From IMG/VR virus record IMGVR_UViG_2850796239_000011, positions 1 to 64,000 of that record: a stretch of DNA of 64,000 nt, one strand, 5' to 3'. The notes under the pieces are model-generated. The model saw only the letters and a program-made list of their open reading frames with translations, was not told the origin of the DNA and made no database searches. Within the stretch, counting starts at the first letter, position 1. The number at the start of each line of letters is the position of its first letter. Below, piece by piece: positions 49,576-61,361 of the stretch. The translations under genes and the position numbers were made by a program. This DNA comes from a virus. Taxonomy: Duplodnaviria; Heunggongvirae; Uroviricota; Caudoviricetes.

Positions 49576-50253
49576 TTACCGGGGTCCCTGCGTGGTTGAG
49601 CCGCCGGACTCAACGCCGCCGTGAACGTGGTTTCCAAAATCAATACCCCCGATGTTCGAACCGCCGGAAAGCCTGGACTGCCCGGTAACGTCAAGCCCCT
49701 TACTGACGGCGGTATCGCCGTTCAGCGCAATTTGTGGTGAATTAACGGTGAAGCTTTTCGGCGCATTAATCACACCCTCAGGCGCGGATATCTCCACTTT
49801 CCAGGGAGATACAATCCGTATCTGGTTGTCATCAAATACCACAAACTGGACGGGATCACCGTTGAGCACGCCACCCAGCCAGATGGCATCAGCATAATTA
49901 TGGGTACGCTTTGATCCCGGCATCGCAGCCTGACGCGTGGCTTTTACCGCACTGATATCCCGATCGCAGATGGCAAGAAAACCGATATCCCCCACATGTG
50001 GCGGCATAATCACCGCATTACCGCCCCCCTGTAGTCGCCATACGGGAATGTTATAAATCACCTCATGTTCAACCGGGGAACCGTCTGCTGCAACGCCCAT
50101 TACCATCGGTCGGGCCTCAATAAATCCCTCTTCCACGGCTACCACCCGTCCCAGAGTGATAAACGCATGACGTCCGAGAAACTGCCGCAGCATAAAGTCC
50201 TGTGCATTGATTTCGCTGTTCACGTCTGTCGGGTTACTGAGTGGTTGTGCCAT
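49576..50253 (-). CDS. Baseplate spike / assembly protein V-like
   Basis: 225 aa; Gly-rich C-terminus ('NHVHGGVESGGSTTQGP'). Confidence 0.6.
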   Translation of the reverse strand: MAQPLSNPTDVNSEINAQDFMLRQFLGRHAFITLGRVVAVEEGFIEARPMVMGVAADGSPVEHEVIYNIPVWRLQGGGNAVIMPPHVGDIGFLAICDRDISAVKATRQAAMPGSKRTHNYADAIWLGGVLNGDPVQFVVFDDNQIRIVSPWKVEISAPEGVINAPKSFTVNSPQIALNGDTAVSKGLDVTGQSRLSGGSNIGGIDFGNHVHGGVESGGSTTQGPR

Positions 50254-51103
50254 TTTCTTCAGCCCTCATCATGGTACAGTTGGAACTCCACGGACCGCCC
50301 ACGGTTCGCGAAGTAATGGTGTGTATCACCCCTGTGATCGTATAATCGCCCGTCATATCAGGCAGTGACGATTCCAGATGCGCTGGCCTGCCAGTAAAGA
50401 GATCGGGGCAGAATATCGTGGTGGCGCTGAGTCCGGTCATGGTGTAAACCGGATAGCCAGTCAGTCCGTGATCCGGCGAAATCAGTACCGGCGGAATATT
50501 CCGGTTCTGCCCTTTCGGCCAGATGGTGACTTTCTCCACATTCCCCAGATCAATGTTAATATCGGCGGCTGAAGCGACATCCAGCATTTGTTGTACAACA
50601 TTACCGGAAAAATGCGGGTCAGACAGACTGCGGCTGACCCCCTGGTTTTCAAATCCAAGCCCGACAGTTGACGCCAGCGCACGGATAATATCTGCAACCG
50701 CAACATCGCCCTTTGCGCTGAAATCTGCCGCCGGCTGATTACGCAGATTAAAATGAATCTGTCCTGTCAGAATGAGCGGAATATCCGGCGCCTGGTTGTA
50801 GTCGGCGTATGCATCAGTAATATCACCTTCAAAAATAAGCCGCCCGTCGGCCCACAGCCGCATTTTATTTGCGGTACTCTGCTCCTGTCGCCACACACCG
50901 CGCCAGCTTAAATTCGTCATATGCGCCGGTGACATTCCCCAGATATACAGCGTGATTTGTGTACCAGCCACCCCTCCATATACGCCAATACTGGCAAAAC
51001 AGCTTGCGTCGGTAATGGTCAGCATATTGCCCTGGCCATTACCAAACGTTCGTCCGTCTGAAAGAGTGAACTCCACCGTTATTTTACGTTGTCTGTAGCT
51101 CAT
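50234..51103 (-). CDS. Tail/baseplate protein (hub-like, putative)
   Basis: 289-aa ORF in baseplate module. Confidence 0.45.
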   Translation of the reverse strand: MSYRQRKITVEFTLSDGRTFGNGQGNMLTITDASCFASIGVYGGVAGTQITLYIWGMSPAHMTNLSWRGVWRQEQSTANKMRLWADGRLIFEGDITDAYADYNQAPDIPLILTGQIHFNLRNQPAADFSAKGDVAVADIIRALASTVGLGFENQGVSRSLSDPHFSGNVVQQMLDVASAADINIDLGNVEKVTIWPKGQNRNIPPVLISPDHGLTGYPVYTMTGLSATTIFCPDLFTGRPAHLESSLPDMTGDYTITGVIHTITSRTVGGPWSSNCTMMRAEENGTTTQ

Positions 51104-51402
51104 ATCAGTTCCTCAGGTAACAGCCAGTAGAGCCGGTACCGGGATCCGAGCCCCCGCCAGTCAGGGTCACTATTCCCCTCCGTGTCGGTAAAAAACAGGT
51201 CCCCCTGAAACGGCAGGTATCCGTACCGGACAATCCGGTTATTATTCAGACACAGCACGCCATACAGGCACGGTTCACCATTAACAATGATATCGATATA
51301 CATCCCCGTAGTACGCTGATTCAGGCGAATGGTGCAGACCTGAGCGCCCAGTGTCACCGTAAACTGCTGGGCTTTAACGGGAGATAAAACAATTTCCAGC
51401 AT
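51100..51402 (-). CDS. Tail protein (putative)
   Basis: 100-aa coupled ORF. Confidence 0.4.
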   Translation of the reverse strand: MLEIVLSPVKAQQFTVTLGAQVCTIRLNQRTTGMYIDIIVNGEPCLYGVLCLNNNRIVRYGYLPFQGDLFFTDTEGNSDPDWRGLGSRYRLYWLLPEELI

Positions 51403-52112
51403 CAGGTGATCCCCCTGTTCGTGGCGCTTCGTCTGTCAGCGTCTGACGGTTGTGTCACCGACGCCGTAACTGACTGCGTTTTAACCGATGCGGCCCCTTT
51501 TGCTTTATCGTTGTCCGTGGGAGACGACTTATCCGTACTTCCCACTGACACCTCTCCTGTATTCATTACGGTCTGAAATACCGCAGTAACCGTCAGTAAG
51601 GTCGGACCATTATTACTTCGCATTCGGTAGTCATATTTCACAAGGTCGCAGGATGTCCATGTCTTGTCCGGCGTCTCAATATCGTAGAGTCCTGCCGTGG
51701 TACGCATCCTTTCAAGCGTTTCCAGCACATTCGTCCGCGAGGTGGTGGAAAAATTTGTCAGGTTCGGGACGGATCCGGAAAAGGCCGTCCACCCCTCTAC
51801 AGTGAAAGTCACATGCAGTTCCGGCGATCTCTGGATTTTATTAAAGGTGGTATAAGCCCCCTGCTCCACGGGGACGGTGGAAACAGAAGCCTCCGCGCCC
51901 ACCTCAACGACAACAAAAGAATCCGGGGAGAAAGGTTTGCCACCCTTCTGATGGGCACCTGCCGGATCATTCCGTGCGTAATAAATACCGAATGACGGTG
52001 CCAGTACACTGTTAATGAGTCCCAGGACACCGCCGCCACGAACTGCACTCAGTACGTTACTTTCACTGAGCGAAAAGTTATTCAGGGAAATATTATCGAA
52101 AGAAAAACTCAT
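51402..52112 (-). CDS. Tail protein downstream of tape measure (putative)
   Basis: 236-aa ORF. Confidence 0.45.
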   Translation of the reverse strand: MSFSFDNISLNNFSLSESNVLSAVRGGGVLGLINSVLAPSFGIYYARNDPAGAHQKGGKPFSPDSFVVVEVGAEASVSTVPVEQGAYTTFNKIQRSPELHVTFTVEGWTAFSGSVPNLTNFSTTSRTNVLETLERMRTTAGLYDIETPDKTWTSCDLVKYDYRMRSNNGPTLLTVTAVFQTVMNTGEVSVGSTDKSSPTDNDKAKGAASVKTQSVTASVTQPSDADRRSATNRGIT

Positions 52113-53599
52113 CCTGTTACCCCGCTGGAATAAACCGACACAAGCGCCGAATTCGTGATACGCCGACGTGCGTCATCGGTAATACCCTTCACATTGTCCG
52201 ACGTTGTGGTGACATTCAGTGTCCCGATATGCGTGGTTTCCGTTACGGTGGACTGCGATACAGGCGCAGGATGGCGCGACCGTATGGCCATTGCCGCACC
52301 CGGATAAGGCAGGTTCGCCAGCACCCGCGGAATATAGTTGCGGGTCTCCTCCGGAGCAGCAGCCAGTCCCTTACGCTGAACATTTCCCTCTCCCCAGTTA
52401 TATGCCGCCAGAGCCTTAGCCAGATCGCCATGAAAAAAACGTATCAGGCCACCAAGTTTTCTCGCGGCGGCATCAGCGGCTTTTTCGGGATCAAAGGCAT
52501 CGTTCCCCTCAGACCAAATTCACTGGCCGTCTTCGGCATGAACTGAAACAGTCCCATCGCACCAGCAGGTGAGACGGCAAACTGATTACCACGGGATTCG
52601 GTGATCGCAACGCTGCGCAGCAGTCCGGGCGGCAGGTTATATTTTTCCTCCAGTTGAGACAGTTTCGGTTGCAGCCAGCCTAACAGGGCTTCCCCGGTCT
52701 TCGTCGGTCGCTGGCGGTTTTGCATGGCATTACCGAGTTTTTCCTGCGTCGCACGCATACCCTGTAGCCAGGATTCACCGAAGGCTGCTTCCCTCCCGGT
52801 TGCCTGAGAAGCCTGAGTATCCAGCATGCCCTGCTGCCATACTGTGGGTGATTGTGCCCGGGTGATGTTGCCAGGCTTTTCTCCGGCATCCAGTTTTGTC
52901 TGATACGTCTCCATCTCTTTCTTATTGAAAAAGAAAGTCCCGTCTGAAGCCCAGAAAAAACCATGTGAATCCAGCCAGTCCTTATTTTCCCTGCCAACAA
53001 TGGATGTCAGTAATCCGTCAACAACCGGGTAAAGCGCCGTTATCGCAAAAAGAAGGCCTCCGGGGCCACTGAGGGCTTTTGTCAGCCCCCCGCACCCATG
53101 ACGCCACTTTCAGCCCGATCAGCGTAATAATGGCATTCTGCCAGCCCCCCAGTTCTCCGGCAGCCTTATTCGCCAGGGAGGCCACTGACTCAACGTCATT
53201 CAGAAATGTGGTGATAAACCTGTTCACTTCCTCCGGATGTTGCTGCATCCAGTCACCGAGTGTCTCCAGCCAGTGGCTGAGCTTCAGCGCGTACGGCATC
53301 AACGCGGTGCTAATCGTCATCCCGATGCCGGACCAGGTCTGATCGAGCTCAACAAGCTCTTTTCGTAGCTTACGGGCCAGCGCTATACGCCCCGGCGTAA
53401 CCTGCGAACGGGAAGTAAATTCGTCCACATCTTTCAGCGCATGACCGGAGCCAAGAAACTGCTGTCCGGCATAACTGAAGCCCAGCGCGTTGCCGTAGGC
53501 AGTTTGTTCGGACTTTGTCAGTCGCGGAAAAATAACCGCCAGCTTGCGCATGATGGCTTCAGTGCTGTCAGTATTTAAATCAACACTAGGCTGTGTCCC

Positions 53600-54115
53600 T
53601 TAATTACGTAAGCGTTGATAAAAGAGTCGGATGCAGCCCAGTTTCACCATCGCCAGGTAATTTCTCGCCGTTTTGTCGTAACGCGTGGCGATGCGGCGAT
53701 ATTCTTTCAGCCGCCCAAAGCACCGTTCAACGACATTACGATTGCGGTACGCATCACGATCAAGCTGTGCACGTCCATCCGATGCCATTTTCTCATTTGA
53801 CTTTCGGGGGATTACTGCCTTTATACCGTTATTTTTCAGCTCGTTGCGCAATGCGCGCCCTGAATACGCTTTATCAGCCAGTACCGCATGTCCACGGCGT
53901 TTCATGCTGCCGTTCTGACGCTGAACGCCAATCCCGTCCAGAAGTCGTTGCGCGAACTGGCTTTCATGAGCTTGTCCGGGGCTTAGCACGATATTTAACG
54001 GGAGGCCACTTCCGTCTGTTGCCAGATGGATTTTGGTGCCAAAACCGCCGCGAGAGCGACCCAGCCCATTATCTCCGTCGATATCGGGATGTTTTTTTGA
54101 GCACCGGCGGCACAT
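53600..54115 (-). CDS. IS5-family transposase OrfB (DDE domain), -1 frame relative to OrfA
   Basis: 171-aa ORF 'GLGRSRGGFGTKIHLATDGSGLP'; overlaps orfA across 'CAAAAAAAC' (54092-54098). Confidence 0.7.
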   Translation of the reverse strand: MCRRCSKKHPDIDGDNGLGRSRGGFGTKIHLATDGSGLPLNIVLSPGQAHESQFAQRLLDGIGVQRQNGSMKRRGHAVLADKAYSGRALRNELKNNGIKAVIPRKSNEKMASDGRAQLDRDAYRNRNVVERCFGRLKEYRRIATRYDKTARNYLAMVKLGCIRLFYQRLRN

Positions 54116-54444
54116 TTCAGCGCCCGGATATTACTGCCATCCAGCGCGGTGGCAGACCAGTCAATAAAGCCGTTTGCATCAAGTAGCGAAAGCAACCTGT
54201 TGAAAATAATATTAATCACGCCTGACTTTGACCATCGGTTAAAGCGGTTATAAACAGTTTTCCATGACCCATATCGTTCGGGTAAATCGCGCCATGGTGC
54301 ACCGGAACATAACACCCAGAACATGCCATTGATGATTTTACGGTGCTCAGCCCATGGGCGTCCGGCCCGTGGTGTGGCGGGTTCAGGAGGTAACAGGGGC
54401 TTGATGATGGTCCATGCCTCATCGGGAAGGTCGTAGCGAGCCAT
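53995..54444 (-). CDS. IS5-family transposase OrfA (N-terminal domain)
   Basis: 149 aa 'MARYDLPDEAWTIIKPLLPP...GAPWRDLPERYGSWKTVYNRFNRW'. Confidence 0.7.
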   Translation of the reverse strand: MARYDLPDEAWTIIKPLLPPEPATPRAGRPWAEHRKIINGMFWVLCSGAPWRDLPERYGSWKTVYNRFNRWSKSGVINIIFNRLLSLLDANGFIDWSATALDGSNIRALKCAAGAQKNIPISTEIMGWVALAAVLAPKSIWQQTEVASR

Positions 54445-55031
54445 AGTTCAATATGTTGTGTAAACAGACAGTTACTATAGCTCAGATGATTAAGGGACAC
54501 AGCCTAATGCCCGCCCTGGCTGCAACCTGAAACAAATCCTGTAACACAGGATCAAAGGACCTTCCGGCTCTGAAGGCCGCTTTTGCATTTGCAAGCCGGG
54601 AAAATGCCCCAGACATTTCCCCTTCATCAACATTATTTGCCCGCGCAGCCCGTAACCATCCGTCCAGATTTCTGGCCTTCATGCCAAAAGCATCAGATTC
54701 CACGGACAGACGGTTCAGATCACGGGCAAAACCTGTTACCAGGTTCTTCAGCCCCCCCAGCGTCAGACTGACACCCGCAAGAGCCAGAATCTCGCTACGG
54801 ATCCCTGAAAAAAAACGGGACGCCCGTTTCCCGGCATCTTCCATTCGACGGGCCGTTTTATCAGCATCTTTTCCGGTTTTTTCCAGTGATTCACTGGTTT
54901 TCTTCTGTCCCTGACTGAATGTGTCAGCGACACCTTCCATCACCGTCGTGAGCCGGTTAAGGGCAGCATGTACTGCCTGTTCCCCGGCAGTAAAGTCCCT
55001 GTCATCAATCCCGAGGGACAGAACAAGCTCA

Positions 55032-55273
55032 TCAAGTACCTGCGCCATTTCTGTTCTCCTGTATCACCTGTTCGTTATGGGCATCCACATGAATTATTTC
55101 CAGCAGATCCCATAAGTCCTGCACACCAAGGACAGAATCCAGTTCAGCTTTTGAAGCCTTACCGGAGGAGATAACGGTCGCAATGGTACGGGGAACATTA
55201 ACGTAATCCACCACCCCGAACGGTCTGTCGGGGTCGAGATAACGCGGGGGGATATCTAGCTGACGACGGTAGC
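55032..55273 (-). CDS. -1 frameshift extension of the tail assembly chaperone (GT-like)
   Basis: Heptamer T_TTT_TTC at 55274-55280 (minus strand) near the 3' end of the 134-aa ORF; -1 frame open from there to the stop at 55032. Confidence 0.5.
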
Positions 55274-55660
55274 GAAAAAATCCACATGCAGCTTAAAGAC
55301 CTCCGCACGCAGATTAAGACGGGTAATGATTTCTTCAATATCCTCTTCAACAAGCGGTCTCCGGATGCTGCGTTTTTTCGGATCGGGAACAAACTGCACA
55401 CAGTCCATCATTTCATCCATCAACGGACGCGCCTCATCAGGCGGAATTTTCGATAATGCTTTCAGCCCTTCAAGGGCAAGCGCAGCCATCCCCAGACTAC
55501 GAACATCATCCGGTAACTCCACGCCACCACGCCCCATTGCCATAATGGCACGCATCGCCCACCATTCCGCCTGTAAGGCAGACATTTCGGTAAGATGAAA
55601 TACCTTGCCCTTATCCCGTCCCTGACCTTCAATAGTGATAAATTTCTCTTTACGGGCCAT
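55256..55660 (-). CDS. Tail assembly chaperone (G-like)
   Basis: 134-aa ORF between tube and tape measure. Confidence 0.55.
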   Translation of the reverse strand: MARKEKFITIEGQGRDKGKVFHLTEMSALQAEWWAMRAIMAMGRGGVELPDDVRSLGMAALALEGLKALSKIPPDEARPLMDEMMDCVQFVPDPKKRSIRRPLVEEDIEEIITRLNLRAEVFKLHVDFFATVVS

Positions 55661-56106
55661 CAGTTAAAAACCTCCGGAGTAATGGTTTCCCACTCAATAA
55701 CCGCCTGCCCTGGCTGCAACGTACGAGCTGCATCAGGCAGCGCTTTCCATTGTTTGAGTACGCCATTCACGCAGGTATATTTACGGCCAATCGCCGGAAG
55801 CAGGACGACAGCGTTACAACGGAATACAGCCCGACTGGCCCGGGATGTGGTTGACCAGGTATCAAAAATATCCCGGCTGGGGGAATCCGGCATGATATGA
55901 AACGTCTGGATAATGTTGCTGTACACAAATCCCGCGGACAGTTTACCGTCAATACCGCGGGCAGTTTCCGCCAGTACCAGTGGATCGGTGCCATAAACGT
56001 TATCTGTTGCAAATCCCTGAAGTCGTACGCCGGAGGGATACAGATTATTCACTGTCAGCGTGATAATGGCATCCGCCGCAGTGATGGTGTTGTTGTTACC
56101 CGACAT
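55660..56106 (-). CDS. Tail tube protein (putative)
   Basis: 148-aa ORF directly downstream of the sheath gene. Confidence 0.6.
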   Translation of the reverse strand: MSGNNNTITAADAIITLTVNNLYPSGVRLQGFATDNVYGTDPLVLAETARGIDGKLSAGFVYSNIIQTFHIMPDSPSRDIFDTWSTTSRASRAVFRCNAVVLLPAIGRKYTCVNGVLKQWKALPDAARTLQPGQAVIEWETITPEVFN

Positions 56107-57591
56107 TTACTGGACCTCCGTGGATGCAATAACAAGTTTCTGGATACTACCGCCGTCACAGTACCAGAGCGTACAGGACGGACTGCTACGGGTTGCCCGC
56201 AAAGAGGGAAGCATATCGCCGATATACAGGTAATAGCCGGTGGCAAACAACGTTGAAGAAACATCTGCCCCCACAACATTGTTAATCTGTTTCTTCTGCG
56301 CCTCCGTCAGTGTCACCCCTTCACGGATCCCTCCCCAGCGTTTGTACTGCTGGATAACGTCACTCATTGACGCTGCAACCAGCGCCCGCCCTTCATTGTT
56401 GTAGGGGATCGTCTGGTTTGACTTGAATAACGCGATCACCGCCCCCTGCAAACTGGCATTCAGCCAGATTTGCCCGCAGAAACTGTCCAGCCATTTAAAA
56501 TCACCGGTAATAGTGCCATCCGCCCAGTAATCTTCCACCACACTGTTTTCCGCATATTTTCCGTAGAAATTGTAACCTGCGGCGATCAGCGCATCATAAT
56601 CGCTGCCACTGGTAACATCAGCGGCCAGCCCCTCATACTCGCGGAACTTGAATGATACACGCCCCTCTGGTCGGACAAAATCAAGGCACGCTGCATACCC
56701 CAGTACCGCTGCAGCCCGGTTACCATCAGTCGCGAAAACAGGTACAACAGAGCTGTAGTTATTGACAGCAATTATCTGGTAAGCGATGTGTTTAGTACTG
56801 CCTTTTACTCTGGCGTTGCCGCTGGTTGTCCATGCCACATAAAAGTAACGCTTGCCCTGCCCGTTTGCCCATGCAGAAAACGCCAGGTGTTGCTCGTCAG
56901 TGACCTCAGATACCGTGGAAAAACCCGCCCATTGCTGGGAAGCGGCCTTAATGGCTGCCATTGTGTCAGGGACATCAGATACAGGCGCGCCCCGGGATAT
57001 CACCGCACCGGTGTTACTGGTCATCTTCAGGAGTTCTGCTGCCGATCCACTGCCGAACGTTATCGTGGTACTCCCGGGTTTCGCACCGGCGACAGTAATG
57101 ACAAAAGCATTCTGTGTGGTATCGAATACCACTGTAGCCACTGCTGCGGTCAGCGCTGTCTGTAGTGCCGTTGCAGCAGCGGCGAAGCTGGCGACACCGT
57201 TAAAATTCACTTCAATGCTGACGCTTTTCCCGTTAATACTCAGCATCAGCGTGCCGGAAAGTTTTTGTAGCTGTTCAACAGTCGCGCCCTTAAACGAACC
57301 GCTACGTAACCAGGCCGCCGATGGGGCAGGACTGAAACGGGAAAACAACAATTGCCCCGGCGTCCTGGTGGCATTTTTGAAGCCCTGGAAATAAAGCTGA
57401 GCGCGTGCGTACTCATCGGATAATGCACCAAAATACGCGGCCACATCATCCGGAGAGGAAAACGGAACCACAGTGCCGACCGGAAGTAACGGATTACTGG
57501 TCAACAGCAGGCCGTTAAGATCAACGGCATTACCCGCCACAGCCAGCACACCGGGATTTATCTGTACATCTTTACTGAGTGGAATTGGCAT
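56107..57591 (-). CDS. Tail sheath protein
   Basis: 494-aa ORF with sheath-like composition, upstream of the tube gene. Confidence 0.75.
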   Translation of the reverse strand: MPIPLSKDVQINPGVLAVAGNAVDLNGLLLTSNPLLPVGTVVPFSSPDDVAAYFGALSDEYARAQLYFQGFKNATRTPGQLLFSRFSPAPSAAWLRSGSFKGATVEQLQKLSGTLMLSINGKSVSIEVNFNGVASFAAAATALQTALTAAVATVVFDTTQNAFVITVAGAKPGSTTITFGSGSAAELLKMTSNTGAVISRGAPVSDVPDTMAAIKAASQQWAGFSTVSEVTDEQHLAFSAWANGQGKRYFYVAWTTSGNARVKGSTKHIAYQIIAVNNYSSVVPVFATDGNRAAAVLGYAACLDFVRPEGRVSFKFREYEGLAADVTSGSDYDALIAAGYNFYGKYAENSVVEDYWADGTITGDFKWLDSFCGQIWLNASLQGAVIALFKSNQTIPYNNEGRALVAASMSDVIQQYKRWGGIREGVTLTEAQKKQINNVVGADVSSTLFATGYYLYIGDMLPSLRATRSSPSCTLWYCDGGSIQKLVIASTEVQ

Positions 57592-58117
57592 TATCAGCCT
57601 CCGTTGTCCGGGTGATCACGTTGTCAAAAAACATCAGGGAAGTTGTGACCACAGGGTTAATCTGCATCTGAATATCAAGCGTCCAGCGCGGTTCATACTG
57701 TTGCTGACCGTTGGGGAATGTGGTGTTAAAGGGCTCTGAGCAATACAGCGGGGAAATCAGCCCACCGCCCTGCCGGAAAAGCCGTACGGAAAATTCAGAC
57801 CGGAAAAGCGTTGCCAGCACCTGCGCGTTATCTGCCGCGTGAGGGCCGTAGAAATCAAGCTGGCAACGCCATTTTGTGGTACGGGTGATATGCTGAGAGC
57901 CCTCACCAGCCTGCGCTGGCGCAGAATATGCCACTACCGCAGTGGATAATCCGGTAACATCAATGCCCGTCATGGTGATGAAATTCCCCTGAGGCATCGG
58001 GACCTGGTTCTGCTGCGTTCGTTCAATCCCGGCATCAGAAAAAAGCCCCCGGAGATAATCACCGAGGGCCTGATAAAGAGCGCTTTCCGTAACGGAGAGG
58101 GTCACACCTGAAGGCAT
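57572..58117 (-). CDS. Virion structural protein (putative)
   Basis: 181-aa coupled ORF. Confidence 0.4.
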   Translation of the reverse strand: MPSGVTLSVTESALYQALGDYLRGLFSDAGIERTQQNQVPMPQGNFITMTGIDVTGLSTAVVAYSAPAQAGEGSQHITRTTKWRCQLDFYGPHAADNAQVLATLFRSEFSVRLFRQGGGLISPLYCSEPFNTTFPNGQQQYEPRWTLDIQMQINPVVTTSLMFFDNVITRTTEADNANSTQ

Positions 58118-58467
58118 ACAATAACCCTCGTCCAGTCAGGCCAGATTTCCGGTACCTCAATCACCAGCCACGTTTCATCGCCAATAACAAATTTATCGCC
58201 TCCCTGTTGCCGGGCACGGTTAAGCCCGCACCAGTTACCATCGGTATACAATGTGGCGAAAACTCCCTGCTGGTTAAGATTATCAAGATGACGTAAATCA
58301 GCCTGGGTGACAGCCTGCTTTTGCACCCTGACGGAAACCGGATCTTCATACTCAGGTACGCGGGAATAATCTGCCTGCTGTGTACTCCCGCGGGAACGAT
58401 AAACCAGCGCGTCTGTAAAGGGATTTACCCGACGTACTGCGCCGGAAACAATACCGTGAAAGTTCAT
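58102..58467 (-). CDS. Virion structural protein (putative)
   Basis: 121-aa coupled ORF. Confidence 0.4.
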   Translation of the reverse strand: MNFHGIVSGAVRRVNPFTDALVYRSRGSTQQADYSRVPEYEDPVSVRVQKQAVTQADLRHLDNLNQQGVFATLYTDGNWCGLNRARQQGGDKFVIGDETWLVIEVPEIWPDWTRVIVCLQV

Positions 58468-59048
58468 TTTTTGCCCCCGTCTACAGAATAATCAACGCTG
58501 TCCATCATATGTCCGGTTTCAATAAGCGGGTTGTTAAAACCCTTTTGCCGGGCAGTGGATGCAGCGTTGGGCGGACTTTCCCAGTCGCGAACAGACATCT
58601 GCAACTGCCCTTTGATATGTTCTCCCATACACACCAGAGCGGTCGCAGTATCAAAATCATTCGCCCGTAATAAGGTCGCCATTTTTTCGCCCCATTCGGG
58701 ACTTTTATGTTCGATCATCTTACGGAAGAACGGACGGGGGGGAATGGTGACCGTGTGCTCAGGAATAACCACATCCTGAACAAAATTCCCTTTACCGGCT
58801 TTGACAAAGCGGTGCCCGGTTTCTCCCGTTTTTTCGTTATAGCGAAAGTGGAGCGTCTGCTCACGGGCGGGTATGACCGCTCTTCCACCAAACTCCTGAA
58901 CTGCGGCAATATAAGCCACTGACGTACCGTCAGGGTAAGTTGCTCCCTCAAGAAAACCCACTTTGAGTTTTTTACCCAATGAAAGGTTCGCGGCAACCTG
59001 TTTCAGCTTCTGCCGGAACTGTTTGCCACCTGTGACTTTATTTACCAT
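58464..59048 (-). CDS. Virion morphogenesis protein (Mu G-like)
   Basis: ORF trimmed to 'MVNKVTGG' (ATG 59046-59048); 194 aa. Confidence 0.6.
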   Translation of the reverse strand: MVNKVTGGKQFRQKLKQVAANLSLGKKLKVGFLEGATYPDGTSVAYIAAVQEFGGRAVIPAREQTLHFRYNEKTGETGHRFVKAGKGNFVQDVVIPEHTVTIPPRPFFRKMIEHKSPEWGEKMATLLRANDFDTATALVCMGEHIKGQLQMSVRDWESPPNAASTARQKGFNNPLIETGHMMDSVDYSVDGGKK

Positions 59049-59496
59049 CGACGCCCCTCCCGTATCCCCGGTAATAATGCCCCGGATATCGCGAAGGTGA
59101 CCCCCCGGAATGATACTGCATTGAGCGGTATGGCGCTGTCGCCTGCCAGTAGTCAGCACCCCAGGGGGTCTGGAGATACCACCACGACGCATCATTACTG
59201 CCGCTATTATCCACCGATACCGATACAGAACCTTCCGACGCACTGGTGATACGCCCCACCAGACCAGCCTGCCCGTCTCTCCCGTTTCCCAGCCCCCGCA
59301 ATGCGCACAGATGCGCAACCAGCAGGAACAGAAGCTGTTCCCGCTCCTTCAGGTCGGTAACCGGACTGTCGTCCGTGTTATCCAGGTACAACGCGGTCGC
59401 CTGGTTAAACACCGCCGTCAGTAGCTCCGGTGTCACCGTGGAAAACTCCGGGTACAGACTGACAAACATCCGACAGTCAAACGTCACCGTACCCAT
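59038..59496 (-). CDS. Head-associated protein (DUF1320/gp36-like, putative)
   Basis: 152-aa ORF. Confidence 0.4.
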   Translation of the reverse strand: MGTVTFDCRMFVSLYPEFSTVTPELLTAVFNQATALYLDNTDDSPVTDLKEREQLLFLLVAHLCALRGLGNGRDGQAGLVGRITSASEGSVSVSVDNSGSNDASWWYLQTPWGADYWQATAPYRSMQYHSGGSPSRYPGHYYRGYGRGVDGK

Positions 59497-59501
59497 AGCG
59501 T

Positions 59502-59840
59502 TTACTCCTGAGGTTTACCCATCACTTCATCATTGCGGTTAACGCCCGGAGCCGGATTTTTCTGCGGCAGCGGTTCAAGGCCGGATTTAACGGCTTTCTG
59601 CTCCGTAGCCTGCGAGACTGCACTGTTCGCCTTATCCTGCGCAAAAATAACGCCATTTTTCACATAAGGTTGCTGTCCGTGCTCCGCCAGCCAGGCGTCA
59701 AAAAACACCTTATCGACCTGCGTCAGACCATAGCCCCCACAATTTTAACCGCGTTATTCCGCCAGCCTGCCACCTGAACCCGTTTCTGACCCACTTCCAG
59801 CACCAGACCGTTCGGCAGTTTGCAGCCCACTGTTACCATT
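59502..59840 (-). pseudogene. Small head-module gene, frame broken at a homopolymer
   Basis: ATG 59838-59840 overlaps the capsid stop (ATGGCTGA); runs 41 codons then continues as the 68-aa ORF in the -1 frame; restored if the C5 run at 59734-59738 were C6. Confidence 0.45.
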
Positions 59841-60878
59841 TCAGCCATAACTCACACCCCAGCATTTGTGCATACGCCAGCGGCTGGCGAATAATCGCCC
59901 CCAGGTACCAGCGGATTTTTTCTGTTTCCAGGAAGACGTATCTGCCACTACCGCATGGGCGCGCATTTTTTCAGTGAAAGCGCAATAGACTGTATCCTGT
60001 TCACCCAGACGCTCCGCGATAAGCTGTACCAGCTCGCCAGCGTCAGAGGTGTATTCCACCGCCGTTTCAATGGTCATCGCCGGGAAATTTTTCGCCAGCA
60101 GATCGGACACGTTAACCCTGTACTGGTTTGTTTTGGTGAGGTTCACCTCTGCCAGCGGCGACATGCACAGTTTCATTTTGTCGGTACGCTCAATATGACC
60201 GTTAGTCTGTTTCACCAGTTGCTTAAAGAGTTTCACGATATCGTCATACACGCCCTGTCCGTCCTTGTCGTCCCACTTCAGTTTACCGTCAACGGTATCC
60301 GGGGTGATTGGTGCAGATAACGACGGATCATTCAGCAAACCGTAGTTCGTCAGTCCGGCAATACCGTAGAAATAGGACTTATTCTGGAACTTATTCAGCG
60401 TCAGTGCTGACGCCACGTTCAGCTCTGCCGCCCAGCCAATACGGGCTGCGCCGTACATCTCCAGCTCACGTTCGCCCCATACGGTGAAGGTCTGGAAGTG
60501 ATAGCTCTGGCGCGGTACCCAGTTGACGTTTGCGCTTACCACCCCGTTGTTGCTGTAATCCCCGTAGGAACTCACCTCCCCGTCAGATTCTGCAATCGGG
60601 AATTGTGCCGACAGTGTCGTCCAGTCACCTTTTTTGGTTTCGCCCAGAATCTGAGCGGCTTTCATCGGCGTCACCAGCACGCGGATCAGTTCTGGCTCAA
60701 CGTAATTGGTGAAATACGCAGGGATACCGCTGTTAGCCGCTGTGACCAGCGCAGGCTGCGCGTCCATCGCCAGTCCGTAATCGGCGGCGTACTCCTTCGG
60801 CAAATAAGCCTGTGCTCCGGGAAGAATAATCCCGTAGTCGCGACTTGCCGTCGCATAATGCTGTTTAAATTTATTCAT
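59841..60878 (-). CDS. Major capsid protein (lambda gpE-like family)
   Basis: 345 aa; follows the decoration-like and protease/scaffold genes. Confidence 0.65.
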   Translation of the reverse strand: MNKFKQHYATASRDYGIILPGAQAYLPKEYAADYGLAMDAQPALVTAANSGIPAYFTNYVEPELIRVLVTPMKAAQILGETKKGDWTTLSAQFPIAESDGEVSSYGDYSNNGVVSANVNWVPRQSYHFQTFTVWGERELEMYGAARIGWAAELNVASALTLNKFQNKSYFYGIAGLTNYGLLNDPSLSAPITPDTVDGKLKWDDKDGQGVYDDIVKLFKQLVKQTNGHIERTDKMKLCMSPLAEVNLTKTNQYRVNVSDLLAKNFPAMTIETAVEYTSDAGELVQLIAERLGEQDTVYCAFTEKMRAHAVVADTSSWKQKKSAGTWGRLFASRWRMHKCWGVSYG

Positions 60879-61360
60879 TATTTACTCCAGGTACTGATCT
60901 TAATGACTTCTTTTGCCGCCGCAGCGCTGGCAACGGAAAACCAGGTTTCGACAAACCCCGCCATCGAGGTGCCAGCCGCCCCCGTGGCTATCTCCCCGGT
61001 GGCCAGTGAGGCAAATACTTTCTGCCCGATCGTCGCAGTAGTGGTGGTCAGCGCCCAGAAATCCCCCGACACCATCAGGGTGCATTCACGCCCCGGATAA
61101 ATGGTGTTCGAGTCCCCGGCCAGCCATTCCACAATGGAAGCCTGCCCGTCACGAGGAACAAAACCCGCCGGTGCGCCGACCCCCTTATTAGCGGCAACAC
61201 CTTTGGTTACCCAGGCAAACCGGGCAATTACCAGCCCGTCAGGGCCGGTAATCAGCCCGCCATCTCCCGCCACATACGAGGCATGAGGGTTAGCACTGGC
61301 AAACGCCCCCGGAATACCCGGTGCCGGGTACTGGTTCATGTGTGTCTGAAAAGTATTCAT
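60878..61360 (-). CDS. Capsid decoration-like / structural protein (putative)
   Basis: 160-aa Gly/Ala-rich ORF upstream of the capsid gene. Confidence 0.4.
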   Translation of the reverse strand: MNTFQTHMNQYPAPGIPGAFASANPHASYVAGDGGLITGPDGLVIARFAWVTKGVAANKGVGAPAGFVPRDGQASIVEWLAGDSNTIYPGRECTLMVSGDFWALTTTTATIGQKVFASLATGEIATGAAGTSMAGFVETWFSVASAAAAKEVIKISTWSK

Positions 61361-61361
61361 A

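Larger units (their letters stand above)
53589..54504 (-). mobile_element. IS5-family insertion sequence (IS427-group-like, two overlapping ORFs)
   Basis: ~916 bp; terminal inverted repeats 'GGCTGTGTCCCTTAAT' / 'ATTAAGGGACACAGCC'; flanking TA on both sides; orfA (DUF4096-like) and DDE orfB overlap with an A7 slippery run. Confidence 0.7.
52109..55048 (-). pseudogene. Tape measure protein with lytic transglycosylase domain, broken by an IS5-family insertion and two homopolymer frameshifts
   Basis: Fragments 54482-55048, 53018-53551, 52444-~53100 and 52109-~52500 in different frames; SLT motif 'ESRGNQFAVSPAGAMGLFQFMP'; frames reconnect if the C6 run at 53086-53091 were C5 and the C4 run at 52505-52508 were C5. 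Confidence 0.7.

Noticed and set aside
53593-54186. 197-aa plus-strand ORF
   Set aside because: Antisense to the IS5-family transposase ORFs
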